The position numbers and the translations under genes were made by a program. The notes under the pieces were generated by a model. That model was not told where the DNA came from and did no database searches. It saw nothing but the letters and a program-made list of their open reading frames with translations. A stretch of 58,412 nt of DNA, the filler included, from an uncultured bacterium (GTDB lineage: Bacteria; DAOPZR01): the NCBI GenBank assembly GCA_964637655.1. It is 3 parts of 3 records of this genome, joined end to end, with 100 filler letters (N's around TTAATTAATTAA, not from the genome) between each part and the next. Parts side by side here need not be neighbours in the genome. Positions count along the whole stretch, not along the records: positions 1 to 20,054 come from CAZWUZ010000031.1; positions 20,155 to 39,433 come from CAZWUZ010000032.1; 1 more part is not named here. One strand, given 5' to 3'. Numbering within the stretch: position 1 is the stretch's first letter; each line of letters opens with the position of its first letter. Positions 16,901 through 25,033 of this stretch are shown here, in pieces.

Positions 16901-18875
16901 CGATGCTGACATCGAAGGCGAAACCCGCGAATTTCGTCGTGCGATCGTTCTCGGTCAGGGCGAATTCCCGGAGACAGTCCATGACGTTGTTCAGCAGGTT
17001 GCGGTGTTCGAGCATCGCCCCCTTGGGTTTGCCGGTCGAGCCCGAGGTGTAGATCACGTAGGCCAGATCGGCGGGCGCGGTGGTCACCGGCAGGTCAGTG
17101 TCGTCACCCGTGAACGTGCCCGGATCGGTGAGGTCGATGACGGGCCCGGCGAAACCGGCCTTGCCGCACAGTGCGCCGGTCGAGAGCAGTGCGATGGCGT
17201 TGCTCTCGCGCAGGATCTGCTGTATGCGCGCGGCCGGGTAGGCGGGGTCGATGGGCAGGTAGGCCGCGCCGCTCTTCAGGATGCCGAGGATGCCGGGGAC
17301 CATGGCCGCGCGCTGGTCCAGCATGATCGCCACGATGGCGTCGCGTCCGGCCCCGAGCGGCACCAGGCGCCGCGCCACCTGGTTGGCCCGCGCGTTCAGC
17401 TCGCGATAGGTCATGCTGCCGTCGCTGCCGGCCACCGCCGGCCGCTCCGCATGCCGCCGCGCGGCCGCGTTGAACAGGGCCACCACCGTCGTGTCGCGCG
17501 GAAAATCAGCGTCCGTCCGGTTGTACGTCTCCATGATTTCCGCGCGCTCGGCATCAGTAATGATATCGAGGTCCGCGATTTTCACCGCGCGGTCGGCGAG
17601 CACAGCGCCGGCGAGGCGGACGATATGGCCATGCATCCGGGCGATATCGGCATCCGTATACATCCCCGCAGGAAACGTGAAGTGCAATTCGAAATCTTCG
17701 TACCGCTCCGCCGGGTAGATGAGCAGATGATAGGGCGGCTGCTCGTAGCCGGTGGTCAGGTACTCGGCCTTGACGCCGGCATAGGTGAAGTTCTGGCCGG
17801 CAACGATGATGTTCAGCAGGTTCGGCACACTGCCATGCTTTTCCCGCAGGTCCTTGGCCAGCAGGTCGTACGGGTAGCGGGCGTGGTGCCGCTGGACCGC
17901 GGTCAGTTCCTTCGTGTTCCGCTGCGCGTAGTCGCTGAACGTCAGCTCCGGGTCAACCGCGTAGCGCAACGGCAGGGTATTGACGAACATGCCGACCATC
18001 TGCTTTTCCCGCCGCGTGTTCCGGTTGCGCGTCAGCACGCCCAGCGTCACGTCATCATGCCCGGTGATTTTCGCGAGATACACCGTGATGGCCGACAGGA
18101 ACAACACCGTCGGTGACACGCCCGTGTCGCGGTAATAGGCGCTCAGCGCGGCGGTCATGGCGCGCGGCAGGACGTACCGCCGTTCCTCCGCTTTGATGCC
18201 GCTCTCCTTCGCCCGGTTATACGGCAGAATAATCTCCGGCGGCAGCGTCGCATACTTGTTCAGCCAGAACGCGCGGTCCGCCGCGGCCGCCGCCGATTGC
18301 AGGTACTCGTTTTCCGCAGCGAGGTATTCCGTGTAGCAGGGCGCCGGGCTGCCGTCCGGTTCCTCCCCCGCCGCCAGCCGCCGGTAAGTATCGACGATGC
18401 CGTCGATGATCAGCTTGGCCGTCCAGCCGTCAGCGATAATGTGATGGATGCGGTAGTAGAATCCGGTCGCGCCGTCCGGGTATTTCAGCAGGGCGAAATA
18501 GAACAGGTCGGCATCCAGCAGCGTGAACGGGGTCTGGTTCTGCCGCGTCAGCCACGTGGCGTAGCGGTCGCGCCCGAAGTCGCTCGAAAAATCGAAATAA
18601 TCGATTTTCCGCGCGCTGTCGTCCACCGGGTACTGCCGGTAGTCGTACCCCTCCTGCCGCAACCGCAAACGGATGCCGGCGTGCCGGCTGATGAACAGGT
18701 TGATCGCCTGCTCGAGCATGCCGAAATCGATGGCCGTGGTGAACCTGACCGCAAAGACGATGTTGGCGAATGGCGTGCCGGGGTAGGTCACTTCGGTGAT
18801 CAGTTCGCGCTGCTGCGCATGGCTGAGCGGGTAGCTGTCACCCGTGGTCTGCTGCGCTGCTTGTGGCGCTGCCAT
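10980..18875 (-). CDS. Bimodular NRPS C-A-T-C-A-T-R with C-terminal cNMP-binding-like domain
   Basis: C1 HHIIADG; A1 YTSGSTGKPKG and YGPTE; T1 FFDLGGHSL; C2 HHAIFDG; A2 YTSGSTGRPKG, FDFSVWE and NMYGITETTVHVT; T2 FFDLGGHSL; reductase TGATGYLG and YVKTK. The last ~137 aa read FLRTVPLFNAL...LFLVAEGTIEL...GFLGE. GGAGGTG SD. Confidence 0.95.
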   Translation of the reverse strand: MAAPQAAQQTTGDSYPLSHAQQRELITEVTYPGTPFANIVFAVRFTTAIDFGMLEQAINLFISRHAGIRLRLRQEGYDYRQYPVDDSARKIDYFDFSSDFGRDRYATWLTRQNQTPFTLLDADLFYFALLKYPDGATGFYYRIHHIIADGWTAKLIIDGIVDTYRRLAAGEEPDGSPAPCYTEYLAAENEYLQSAAAAADRAFWLNKYATLPPEIILPYNRAKESGIKAEERRYVLPRAMTAALSAYYRDTGVSPTVLFLSAITVYLAKITGHDDVTLGVLTRNRNTRREKQMVGMFVNTLPLRYAVDPELTFSDYAQRNTKELTAVQRHHARYPYDLLAKDLREKHGSVPNLLNIIVAGQNFTYAGVKAEYLTTGYEQPPYHLLIYPAERYEDFELHFTFPAGMYTDADIARMHGHIVRLAGAVLADRAVKIADLDIITDAERAEIMETYNRTDADFPRDTTVVALFNAAARRHAERPAVAGSDGSMTYRELNARANQVARRLVPLGAGRDAIVAIMLDQRAAMVPGILGILKSGAAYLPIDPAYPAARIQQILRESNAIALLSTGALCGKAGFAGPVIDLTDPGTFTGDDTDLPVTTAPADLAYVIYTSGSTGKPKGAMLEHRNLLNNVMDCLREFALTENDRTTKFAGFAFDVSIDELFPTLLAGAALHIVPADIRMDPEQVRQFFVTHGITSAFLPTQFAEQFMALTGDTALRVLLTGGDKLKTFTPRPYRLVNGYGPTECTVYATFFTVDRQYDNIPIGRPCANYRIYIVDRRNHLLPVGVPGELCIAGAGVGRGYLNNPEKTAAAFVDNPFVPGTKMYRTGDLARWRDDGNIEFLGRIDFQVKIRGFRIEIGEIESCLLQHPAVSEAIVVARERAGGDKYLCGYYVAAGDLAADALKEMLGAALPEYMIPAFLVPLPRMPLNPNGKIDRKALPEPVLAGELVRPANSIEEQLLALWQEVLGLDRISTESNFFDLGGHSLSATMLAARISTCFGVEVPLASVFRYPTIRAFAPVIQGAHQVRLATIDRQPEQEHYPVTSAQKRLFIIGQLQGIGTTYNIPCVFALTGELDEGRLSRALDRLIARHEALRTSFALVQGEPVQRIHREVRYKKTFREIADDELAASVAAFVKPFDLQAPPLFRLLLLKVTARQYYLVFDLHHAIFDGTSIPILLRDLVALYAERDLPELRVQYRDYAVWHTRLLASGAITEQERFWRERFAGDLPVLDLPADFTRPALLDYAGDTFASTLDETLTGALRELAQRRGVTPNILLLAAYAVLLHKYAAAEDVIIGIGSAGRSHVDVQHLVGMFVNTLPFRARPESGKLFTAFLDEVRHDFLDALENQDYPFEQLVQQLQLARDPGRNPLFDVGMVYQGSGAQEQVSGGLRFSHAPYTHHIAHLDLLLEVCEHDTTMTVNWEYRTSLFQRATIGRLAGHFRTILRALVRDPEQAIADIDLLTASEIDELLYAHNQTDADYPREMTVHARFEEMAARFPERVAVTYKERALTYRELNARANRLARTLRARGVVPDSIVALITDIRPEMIVAILAIIKAGGCYLPMKPEFPRDRIEFMLENSGARLLLTTREFFELAGSYRGNIIDFMDEAQYAPEDANLSPAATAQHLLYIIYTSGSTGRPKGVMLEHGNILRLFVNDRFQYQVDEHDVWSMFHSFCFDFSVWEMYGALLYGGRVVMAPKEVIIEPAAFVQLCKREKVTVLSQTPGAFYKFIEEDLRTADRDLALRYVTFGGEALKPALLGAWHERYPATRLINMYGITETTVHVTFKEITAAEITGNISNIGVPIPTLRTYIMDGRLRLLPPGVPGEICVAGDGLARGYLGLPDVTGEKFVENPYIAGERIYRSGDLARRLANGELEYLGRIDFQVKIRGFRIELGEIESRLLHHPDLTNVVVLARPDEQGAAELVAYYSGTRTVAVAEFRRFLAADLPDYMIPSYFMKLDELPLTANGKVDRKKLPALSRQVDTGGEYVASATAIEQKLAATWQRVLGVAQVGMLDNFFDLGGHSLKAVALVAELQKEFEVSVNDIFNYPTIAKLAPRVKLRENNIQTRLARLREMPLIPGLLFAETDLATYHLHTAEIDAQLQAYHERATAYAQRDYAARRDYRTMMLTGATGYLGSYLLYQLLRTTTAQLVLPVRAATDDLARQRVQESMAYYFGDGFLDGDAARIRVVRGDLTEPNLGLDEATCRELQETVDCIINPAANVRHYGKYEDFHRANVETVSNLGEFALAGRKKDLHHVSTLSVAVGTVAGREFALYTEFDDDIGQQLDHVYVKTKFAAEKVIRQLRERGLNASIYRVGNITFDTLRGRVQKNVADNAFFQTVRAYVNLGAVPDRFDEADLSFVDQLALAIVTLFDRTALTNETFHLFNPHWIKLSDVLGSPEFGLNIRRLAFPEFVGLLSGHYGRPGFKEHIDNLLLHQDWLAQEDGALQTRNLLTNTMTLTALGACGFAWPELEPVRMRELIGAALAERAAFLRTVPLFNALSGATVTNIAAAARLEHCAEGQDLVFEQQANDRLFLVAEGTIELQQHSCYGWLGTIGVVSASGFLGEDCLLENGMSPVTAEVILGDARVYTLDRTVLLSLMRDDPDVGCQFLKAVIAKSVRLQKLIF

Positions 18876-18933
18876 GATTACACCTCCGCGACCCTCGCTG
18901 GTGTGCTGCCGTTCAGCAGCGTTTCATCCCGCC

Positions 18934-18962
18934 ATGGTAGCATCTGCCGCCGGCACCGTAAA
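18934..18962 (-). promoter_or_regulatory. Putative sigma70 promoter of the NRPS
   Basis: Minus strand TTTACG-17nt-TACCAT with a TGn extension. Confidence 0.5.
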
Positions 18963-19002
18963 TGTGGTGTCCGCCGGCGCAGCGCGCGGGCAATCCGGCG
19001 CC

Positions 19003-19524
19003 TTACCCTGTTCCGCTGTCAGAATGGGGCGCTGCATTACCGGAATTGCCTTTCCCGTCCGATCTGCGTATGCCGTAGCGTACGATCCGGATAATCACCT
19101 CGGGGAGAGCGCAGACGAGGGCGCAGATAATCGCGAGGCCGGTGACCAGATACGGGATGAACAGAAGCGTAAGCGCGGCCTGCGCATCAACTGCGAGGTC
19201 GTTCGTCCCGTGGAAGAACAGGAGTGCGCCGGAAGTCACGACCAGGGTCGCGCCGAACGTCACGCAGAGGAACCGCCGCAACCAGAAAAGGATGACCAGG
19301 GGAATGGCCGGCGCGGACGCGAAGAACGCGAAAAAGAGCAGCCCCTCCACTGCATCATCGCCGTCAGGAATATACTGCCCGAGCCATTGCCAACCGCCCG
19401 GGATTCTCGCGCAAAAGGGGAGCGCGTTGACGAAGACGAGGAGCGCAACCGCGCCGAGCAGGTCGATGACGATGCTCATCAGCATCCGTTTCCCGTCAGT
19501 CAAACCCATCCGTTGCCAGGCCAT
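19003..19524 (-). CDS. Hypothetical membrane protein (about 4 TM helices)
   Basis: Four hydrophobic segments; GAGGT SD; extended -10 TGATACAAT upstream. Confidence 0.65.
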   Translation of the reverse strand: MAWQRMGLTDGKRMLMSIVIDLLGAVALLVFVNALPFCARIPGGWQWLGQYIPDGDDAVEGLLFFAFFASAPAIPLVILFWLRRFLCVTFGATLVVTSGALLFFHGTNDLAVDAQAALTLLFIPYLVTGLAIICALVCALPEVIIRIVRYGIRRSDGKGNSGNAAPHSDSGTG

Positions 19525-19819
19525 TGCGTGCCGACCTCGATAGACTCCGTGAGATGGTTTCCATTGCCGCCATTATTGTATCACAAGGCGCCGGAAAGGG
19601 AGTCCCGGCGAACTCCGTTCACCCGGATGCCCGGATGCACCTGTCGCGGCCAGTACCGTCGTGCATCGCGGGACTCACCTCGCAAACAGTGTCAGACAAG
19701 CGCCGCCCGCTCCTGCGAGCAGGCGCCACACCGGTTAGTGGCTCCCCGGACCTCACCATAGACAGAACCTTCAGCATAATTCTTGCGGCCGATTTTACCG
19801 GACAGGGCACCGACTGATA

Positions 19820-20053
19820 TCAGGAAAGCAGAAACTCATCGACAAAATCGCGCGGCGACATAATCCGCACATACGGCAATCCATGACGGCGCAATTGCTG
19901 AGAGGTGAGGTCAAGAAGGTGCCGGTCGCCGCTCACAATGATCCTGGCCTTGGCGTCAGAGGCAACAGCAAGACAGGCAGTATCGGCAGCATGCGTACGG
20001 ACCGTAACAGTTCGCGTTGCCCGCACCGTGGTCGCCTGATGGATGATCGTCCT
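19820..20053 (-). CDS. PIN-domain (VapC-like) protein, C-terminal part cut by contig end
   Basis: ADTACLAVASDAKARIIVSGDRHLLDL...IMSPRDF resembles the PIN C-terminal pattern D..L..A...A..IVSGD.HLL...I..P.F. Confidence 0.7.
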   Translation of the reverse strand, partial: RTIIHQATTVRATRTVTVRTHAADTACLAVASDAKARIIVSGDRHLLDLTSQQLRRHGLPYVRIMSPRDFVDEFLLS

Positions 20054-20054
20054 G

Positions 20055-20154
20055 NNNNNNNNNNNNNNNNNNNNNNNNNNNNNNNNNNNNNNNNNNNNTT
20101 AATTAATTAANNNNNNNNNNNNNNNNNNNNNNNNNNNNNNNNNNNNNNNNNNNN
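20055..20154. other. Artificial contig linker
   Basis: N-run + TTAATTAATTAA (stops in all six frames) + N-run, 100 nt in total. Genes are truncated on both sides. Confidence 0.97.
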
Positions 20155-20856
20155 CGGGCGCTCGAGGCCCTCCGGCGGCTCGACGCCGCGGGGCTGCGGG
20201 TCGGGGTGCCGCGCGAGTACTTCAGCGACGGCATGCAGCCCGAAGTGGCGGCCAGTGTGCGCGCGGGGATCGCCGCGCTGCAGGCGGCGGGTGCGACCAC
20301 CGTCGATATTTCGCTGCCGCACACGGAGTACGCGGTGGCGGTCTACTACCTGCTGGCGACGGCGGAAGCGAGCGCCAACCTGGCGCGATTTGACGGTGTG
20401 CAGTACGGGCACCGCGCGGTGCAGTACGACGGGCTGATCGACATGTACTGCCGCACGCGCGCGGCGTTCGGGCAGGAGGTCAAGCGGCGCATCATGCTCG
20501 GCACCTACGCCCTCTCCGCGGGCTACTACGACGCCTACTACCGCAAGGCGGGCCAGGTGCGGCGCCTGATCAAAGACGATTTCGACCGCGCCTTCGCGCA
20601 GTGCGACGTCATCGTCACGCCGACGGCGCCGACCACGGCGTTCACCCTCGGCGAGAAACTCGACGACCCGCTGCAGATGTACCTCTCGGACATCTTCACC
20701 ATCTCGGTCAACCTCGCGGGGCTCCCCGGCATCTCAGTGCCGTGCGGGCGCGACGCGTCGGGGCTTCCCGTCGGCGCGCAGGTCATCGCCCCGGCGTTTG
20801 CCGAGGAGACGCTCTTCGCCGCGGCGGCGGCGCTGGAAGCGGGGGCGCCGCGATGA
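20155..20856 (+). CDS. gatA: Asp/Glu-tRNA amidotransferase subunit A, 5' partial
   Basis: [63 protein letters not shown]. Confidence 0.97.
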   Translation, partial: RALEALRRLDAAGLRVGVPREYFSDGMQPEVAASVRAGIAALQAAGATTVDISLPHTEYAVAVYYLLATAEASANLARFDGVQYGHRAVQYDGLIDMYCRTRAAFGQEVKRRIMLGTYALSAGYYDAYYRKAGQVRRLIKDDFDRAFAQCDVIVTPTAPTTAFTLGEKLDDPLQMYLSDIFTISVNLAGLPGISVPCGRDASGLPVGAQVIAPAFAEETLFAAAAALEAGAPR

Positions 20857-22292
20857 GCTGGCACGCGGTCATCGGCCTCGAGGTGCACGTGCGCCTGGCG
20901 ACGCAGAGCAAATTATTCTGCGGCTGCAGCACGGCGTTCGGCGCCTCCCCCAACGCGCAGACCTGCCCGGTCTGCCTCGGGCTGCCGGGCTCGCTGCCGG
21001 TGCTCAACCGCCGCGCGGTGGAACTGGCAGTGCGCACCGGGCTGGCGCTCAACTGCGACATTCCCCCGGTCAGCACGTTCGCGCGCAAGAACTACTTCTA
21101 TCCCGATCTGCCCAAAGCATGGCAGACCTCGCAGTTCGACCAGCCCGTCTGCGGGTGCGGCTGGCTGGAAACGGACGTGGACGGCGCGGTCAAGCGGTTC
21201 GGCATCACGCGCGCCCATCTCGAGGAGGACGCGGGGAAACTGACGCACGCGGGGAGCGACCTGGCGAGCGCGCAGTACTCGCTGGTCGACTACAATCGCG
21301 TCGGCTCGCCGCTCATCGAGATCGTCAGCGAGCCCGACCTGCGCAGCGCTGACGATGCCCATGCCTACCTTACCGCGCTGCGCTCGCTCATCCGTTACGT
21401 CGGGGCGAGCGACTGCAGCATGGAGGAGGGGTCGCTGCGCTGCGATGCCAACATCTCGGTGCGCCCCGCGGCGGACGCTCCGTTCGGCACCAAGGTCGAA
21501 CTGAAGAACATGAACTCGTTCAAGGCGGTGCGCGACGCGATCCGCTACGAGATCATGCGGCAGATCGACGTGCGCGAGGCAGGGCAGGCGGTGGTGCAGG
21601 AGACGCGCCTGTGGCATCCCGAGAAGCAGCAGACCATCACCATGCGCAGCAAGGAAGAGGCGCATGATTACCGCTACTTCCCCGAGCCTGACCTGATCCC
21701 GATCGCCGTGCCGCGCGAACGCATCGCGCAGTGGCGGCAGGAACTGCCGGAACTGCCGCGGGCGCGCGCCGCGCGGCTGCAGCGTGACCATGCGCTGTCG
21801 GCATACGACGCGGGGGTGCTGACCGCGGAGAAGACGGTCGCGGACTACTTCGAGCAGGCGGTGCGCGCGGGGGCGGAAGCCAAGGCGGCGGCCAACCTCG
21901 TCATGGGCGACATCGCCGCGCACCTCAACAAATCGGGCGCGGCCATCACTGAGCTGCCGCTGACCGCGGCGCGTCTCGCGGAACTGCTGGCGCTGCAAAG
22001 CGCGGGGAAGATCAGCGGCAAGCAGGTCAAGGAACTGCTCCCGGAACTGCTGACGCGCGATGTGGCGCCCGCGGCGCTGGTGCAGGAGAAGGGGATGGAG
22101 CAGATCTCCGACACCGGGGCGCTGGAGGCGGCGGCGCAGGCGGTGATCGCCGCGCATCCCGGACCGGCGGCGGACGTGCGCGCGGGGAAACAGCAGGCGG
22201 TCGGTTTCCTCGTCGGGCAGCTGATGAAACAGACGCGCGGGCAGGCCAATCCGCAGCTCGCGCAGCAGATCTTCCGGAAACTGCTGGCATGA
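20853..22292 (+). CDS. gatB: Asp/Glu-tRNA amidotransferase subunit B
   Basis: [59 protein letters not shown] overlap with gatA. Confidence 0.98.
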   Translation: MSWHAVIGLEVHVRLATQSKLFCGCSTAFGASPNAQTCPVCLGLPGSLPVLNRRAVELAVRTGLALNCDIPPVSTFARKNYFYPDLPKAWQTSQFDQPVCGCGWLETDVDGAVKRFGITRAHLEEDAGKLTHAGSDLASAQYSLVDYNRVGSPLIEIVSEPDLRSADDAHAYLTALRSLIRYVGASDCSMEEGSLRCDANISVRPAADAPFGTKVELKNMNSFKAVRDAIRYEIMRQIDVREAGQAVVQETRLWHPEKQQTITMRSKEEAHDYRYFPEPDLIPIAVPRERIAQWRQELPELPRARAARLQRDHALSAYDAGVLTAEKTVADYFEQAVRAGAEAKAAANLVMGDIAAHLNKSGAAITELPLTAARLAELLALQSAGKISGKQVKELLPELLTRDVAPAALVQEKGMEQISDTGALEAAAQAVIAAHPGPAADVRAGKQQAVGFLVGQLMKQTRGQANPQLAQQIFRKLLA

Positions 22293-23719
22293 CGGTCAAC
22301 CGGCGGCTGTGGGACGCGGTCGGCTCGGCCCCGGCGCAGGAGAGCGCCGCGTCGGCCCCTGCCTCGCTGATGGCGGCATCAGCCCCCGCACTGGCGGCGG
22401 AGACCGCCCCGGCGGCACCCGCCTTCACCGCGGGTTCCGCCCCGGCGGCCGCGGTCGCCTACCAGCCCCCGTCAACCGAGGGGCTGCGCCTCTACGGGCG
22501 GGCGCTCACCTGGCTGCTGCTGGCGAGCGTGCTGGTGGCGCTGGCGGGGGCGGGGGGCTTCGCCTTCATCACCCAGCCGGCGACGTCGGCGGAATGGGCG
22601 GTGCATTTCGCGCTGTTTGTCGCCATCGGGCTGCTCACCGGGCTGGTCAATTTCGGCGTGCTCAACAGCGTGGTGCGACACCTGCTCATCGATTTCGCCC
22701 GCGAGATGGAACAGACCTGCGGGCTGACGGCCAACGTCGAACACGAGCACCATACCGACCAGGCTATCCGCAACTTCGCCATGGTGCTGCACCGCGTGCT
22801 CGGCGCCTTCCGCGACAAGAGTGCCATCGTGCGCCGCGTCGCGGCGGTGTCGCAGGCGACGCTTGAGGAGAGCGCGGCGGAGATCGTGCGCCTGCGCCTG
22901 CTGCTCGGCGACCTGCGCAAGCTGCACGAGCGGCTGCTCGGACACCGTCAGCACTGGGCGGCGAGCCGCCAGCGCATCACCGACCTGGTGCTGCCGTCGG
23001 AACAGCTGCTCGCCCTGAGCATTGACCCGCAGGGGGTGAAGAGCGTCGAGGCGGCGGCGGGGCGCGCGCTGGCGCTGGCGGAGCGCCTGCGCGGCGTGAC
23101 GGAGAATTTTGCCGGCGCGGCCGCGTCGCTGCGCGCCGAGTCGCGTCCCTGGCAGCGGGTCCCGGAACTGCTCGAGGAGAGCAACGGGCGGATGAACGCG
23201 GCGGCGGTGTCGCTGGCGGCGTCGGCGGCGGCGTCACCCGAGGTGCGCGGGCTGGCGGAAAACCTGCGCGCGCTGGCCGACCAGCTGCTGACCCACGCGG
23301 CGGAGGTGCGGCAGGGGGGCGGGCGCTACGCCGAGGCGCTGCAGCAGATGGACAAGCTGGTGGGTGAGGCGCGCACGCTGCTCTACGAGAACGTGCACGA
23401 ACTCGACGAGGTGGCGCACGCGATGGCGGAGACGGTCAGGTGCATCGACGCGCAGCGCGCGCACCTGCAGGAACTGCACGGGCGGCTGCAGGCGCCCACG
23501 CTGCAGATGGCGGTGAGCGATCTGCTGACGCAGACTATCACCGCGCTGGAAGGGAGCGAGACCGCTGCCGGCCAGCTGCTCGCCTCGCTCGACCAGGAGG
23601 CGGACAACCTCGAGCGGCTGCGCGAAATCGCTGAGGAGATCAATCCCGTCATCCAGGAACTCAACCACATCATGTTCGATTTCGGCAGTGTGCCGGCGGG
23701 GGATGACCGGCCGGCATAG
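22289..23719 (+). CDS. Two-TM coiled-coil protein, degenerate methyl-accepting chemotaxis-like
   Basis: Two TM helices, then a long heptad-like region containing NAAAV...EVRGLAE; ATGA overlap with gatB. Confidence 0.55.
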   Translation: MTVNRRLWDAVGSAPAQESAASAPASLMAASAPALAAETAPAAPAFTAGSAPAAAVAYQPPSTEGLRLYGRALTWLLLASVLVALAGAGGFAFITQPATSAEWAVHFALFVAIGLLTGLVNFGVLNSVVRHLLIDFAREMEQTCGLTANVEHEHHTDQAIRNFAMVLHRVLGAFRDKSAIVRRVAAVSQATLEESAAEIVRLRLLLGDLRKLHERLLGHRQHWAASRQRITDLVLPSEQLLALSIDPQGVKSVEAAAGRALALAERLRGVTENFAGAAASLRAESRPWQRVPELLEESNGRMNAAAVSLAASAAASPEVRGLAENLRALADQLLTHAAEVRQGGGRYAEALQQMDKLVGEARTLLYENVHELDEVAHAMAETVRCIDAQRAHLQELHGRLQAPTLQMAVSDLLTQTITALEGSETAAGQLLASLDQEADNLERLREIAEEINPVIQELNHIMFDFGSVPAGDDRPA

Positions 23720-24053
23720 GTGTGCTGCCTGCCAGCATGCCATCGATGCTGACGAGGAGCCGCAGGTCTGCCCGCGCTGCGGCAGCACCTACCACCACAA
23801 CTGCTGGGACATGTACGGGGGGTGCGTGCAGCAGACCTGCATCCCGAAATGGTGGTACCTGAGCGACCAGTGGCACCGGCTACGCGTGGCGCTGCGGCGC
23901 TGGTACGCGGTGCGTACCGGACAACTCCACCTGACGGTGCCGCTGCACATCTGGCTGCTGCTCATCGCCATCTTTCTCGGCATCATCTACCTGATCTTCG
24001 GGTTTCCCGCGCAGTTCTATCCTGACGAACTCCCCGTTTACTCTCCGCGCTGA
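23703..24053 (+). CDS. Prokaryotic RING-finger-like protein with C-terminal TM helix
   Basis: CAACQHAI...VCPRCGSTYHHNCWDMYGGCVQQTC, then LHIWLLLIAIFLGIIYLIFG. Confidence 0.7.
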   Translation: MTGRHRCAACQHAIDADEEPQVCPRCGSTYHHNCWDMYGGCVQQTCIPKWWYLSDQWHRLRVALRRWYAVRTGQLHLTVPLHIWLLLIAIFLGIIYLIFGFPAQFYPDELPVYSPR

Positions 24054-25033
24054 TGTCGTCCCCGCGTGCTGTCGCCCTCGTCTCGGGCGGCCTCGACAGC
24101 ATCCTCGCCGCGCTGCTTGTCGCGCGTCAGGGCGTGCCGGTGCAGGCGCTCTGCTTTGTCTCGTATTTTTTCGGAGCCGACCGGGCGCGCGCGGCTACGG
24201 CGGCGGCCGGCCTGCCGCTCGACGTCGTCGATTTCAGCGACGAGCACTGGGCGATGGTGCAGCACCCGGTGCGCGGCTACGGCAAGCAGATGAACCCGTG
24301 CATCGACTGCCACCTGCTCATGCTGCGCCACGCGCGGCGCTACCTTGCCGACGGGCGCGCTGACTTCGTGGTTACCGGCGAGGTGGTGGGGCAGCGCCCG
24401 ATGTCGCAGAATCCCCCGACCCTGCGCTACCTCGAACTGCAGGCGGAGCTCGACGGGCTGCTGCTGCGCCCGCTCTCCGCGCGCTGCCTGCCGGAGACGG
24501 AGGCCGAACGGCGCGGCTGGGTCGACCGCGTGCGGCTGCTGGACATCAGCGGGCGCGGGCGTCTCCGGCAGGCGGCACTGGCGCGGGAACTGGGCGTCAC
24601 CGATTACCCGCAGCCGGCCGGGGGGTGTCTGCTGACGCAGGGGGAATTCGCGGTGCGCCTGCGCGACCTCATCGCGCACGGGGAGACCGATGCCGCGTCA
24701 GTGCGCCTGCTGCGCAGCGGACGTCATTTCCGCCTGCCGACGGGCGGCAAAGTGGTGGTCAGCCGCGACGACGCGGGCAATGCCGAACTGCTGGCGCTGG
24801 CGCCGCCCGGGGCGTGGCTGCTCGACACGCACCCGCGGCCGGGCCCGCTGGCACTCTGCCGGCGGGAGGCGGACGTGCCGCTGACGGCGGCGCTGGTGGC
24901 GCGTTATGCCAACCGCGCGCGGCGCGAGCAGGGCGACGGCGCGCTGCCGGTGCGCGTGCGGCATGACGGCACGGAGTCGGCCGTGGCGGCGCTGCCGCCG
25001 GCGGAAGCTGAGGTCGGCGCGTGGCGGCTGTGA
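24053..25033 (+). CDS. PP-loop tRNA thiolation-type ATPase (ThiI/MnmA-related)
   Basis: SGGLDS PP-loop, NPCIDCH, TGEVVGQRPMSQ, PAGGCLLT, GRHFRL. Confidence 0.85.
   Translation: MSSPRAVALVSGGLDSILAALLVARQGVPVQALCFVSYFFGADRARAATAAAGLPLDVVDFSDEHWAMVQHPVRGYGKQMNPCIDCHLLMLRHARRYLADGRADFVVTGEVVGQRPMSQNPPTLRYLELQAELDGLLLRPLSARCLPETEAERRGWVDRVRLLDISGRGRLRQAALARELGVTDYPQPAGGCLLTQGEFAVRLRDLIAHGETDAASVRLLRSGRHFRLPTGGKVVVSRDDAGNAELLALAPPGAWLLDTHPRPGPLALCRREADVPLTAALVARYANRARREQGDGALPVRVRHDGTESAVAALPPAEAEVGAWRL

Noticed and set aside
14415-18116. 1233-aa ORF antisense to the NRPS, and similar long antisense ORFs (25436-27760, 42090-44162, 20913-22157)
   Set aside because: These are shadow ORFs expected from high-GC codon bias opposite well-supported genes, and they have no recognisable motifs.
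20055-20154. TTAATTAATTAA palindrome within N-runs (also at 39434-39533) as a biological site
   Set aside because: It is an identical 100-nt all-frame-stop linker with truncated genes on either side, i.e. a concatenation artefact. No cross-linker synteny was inferred.
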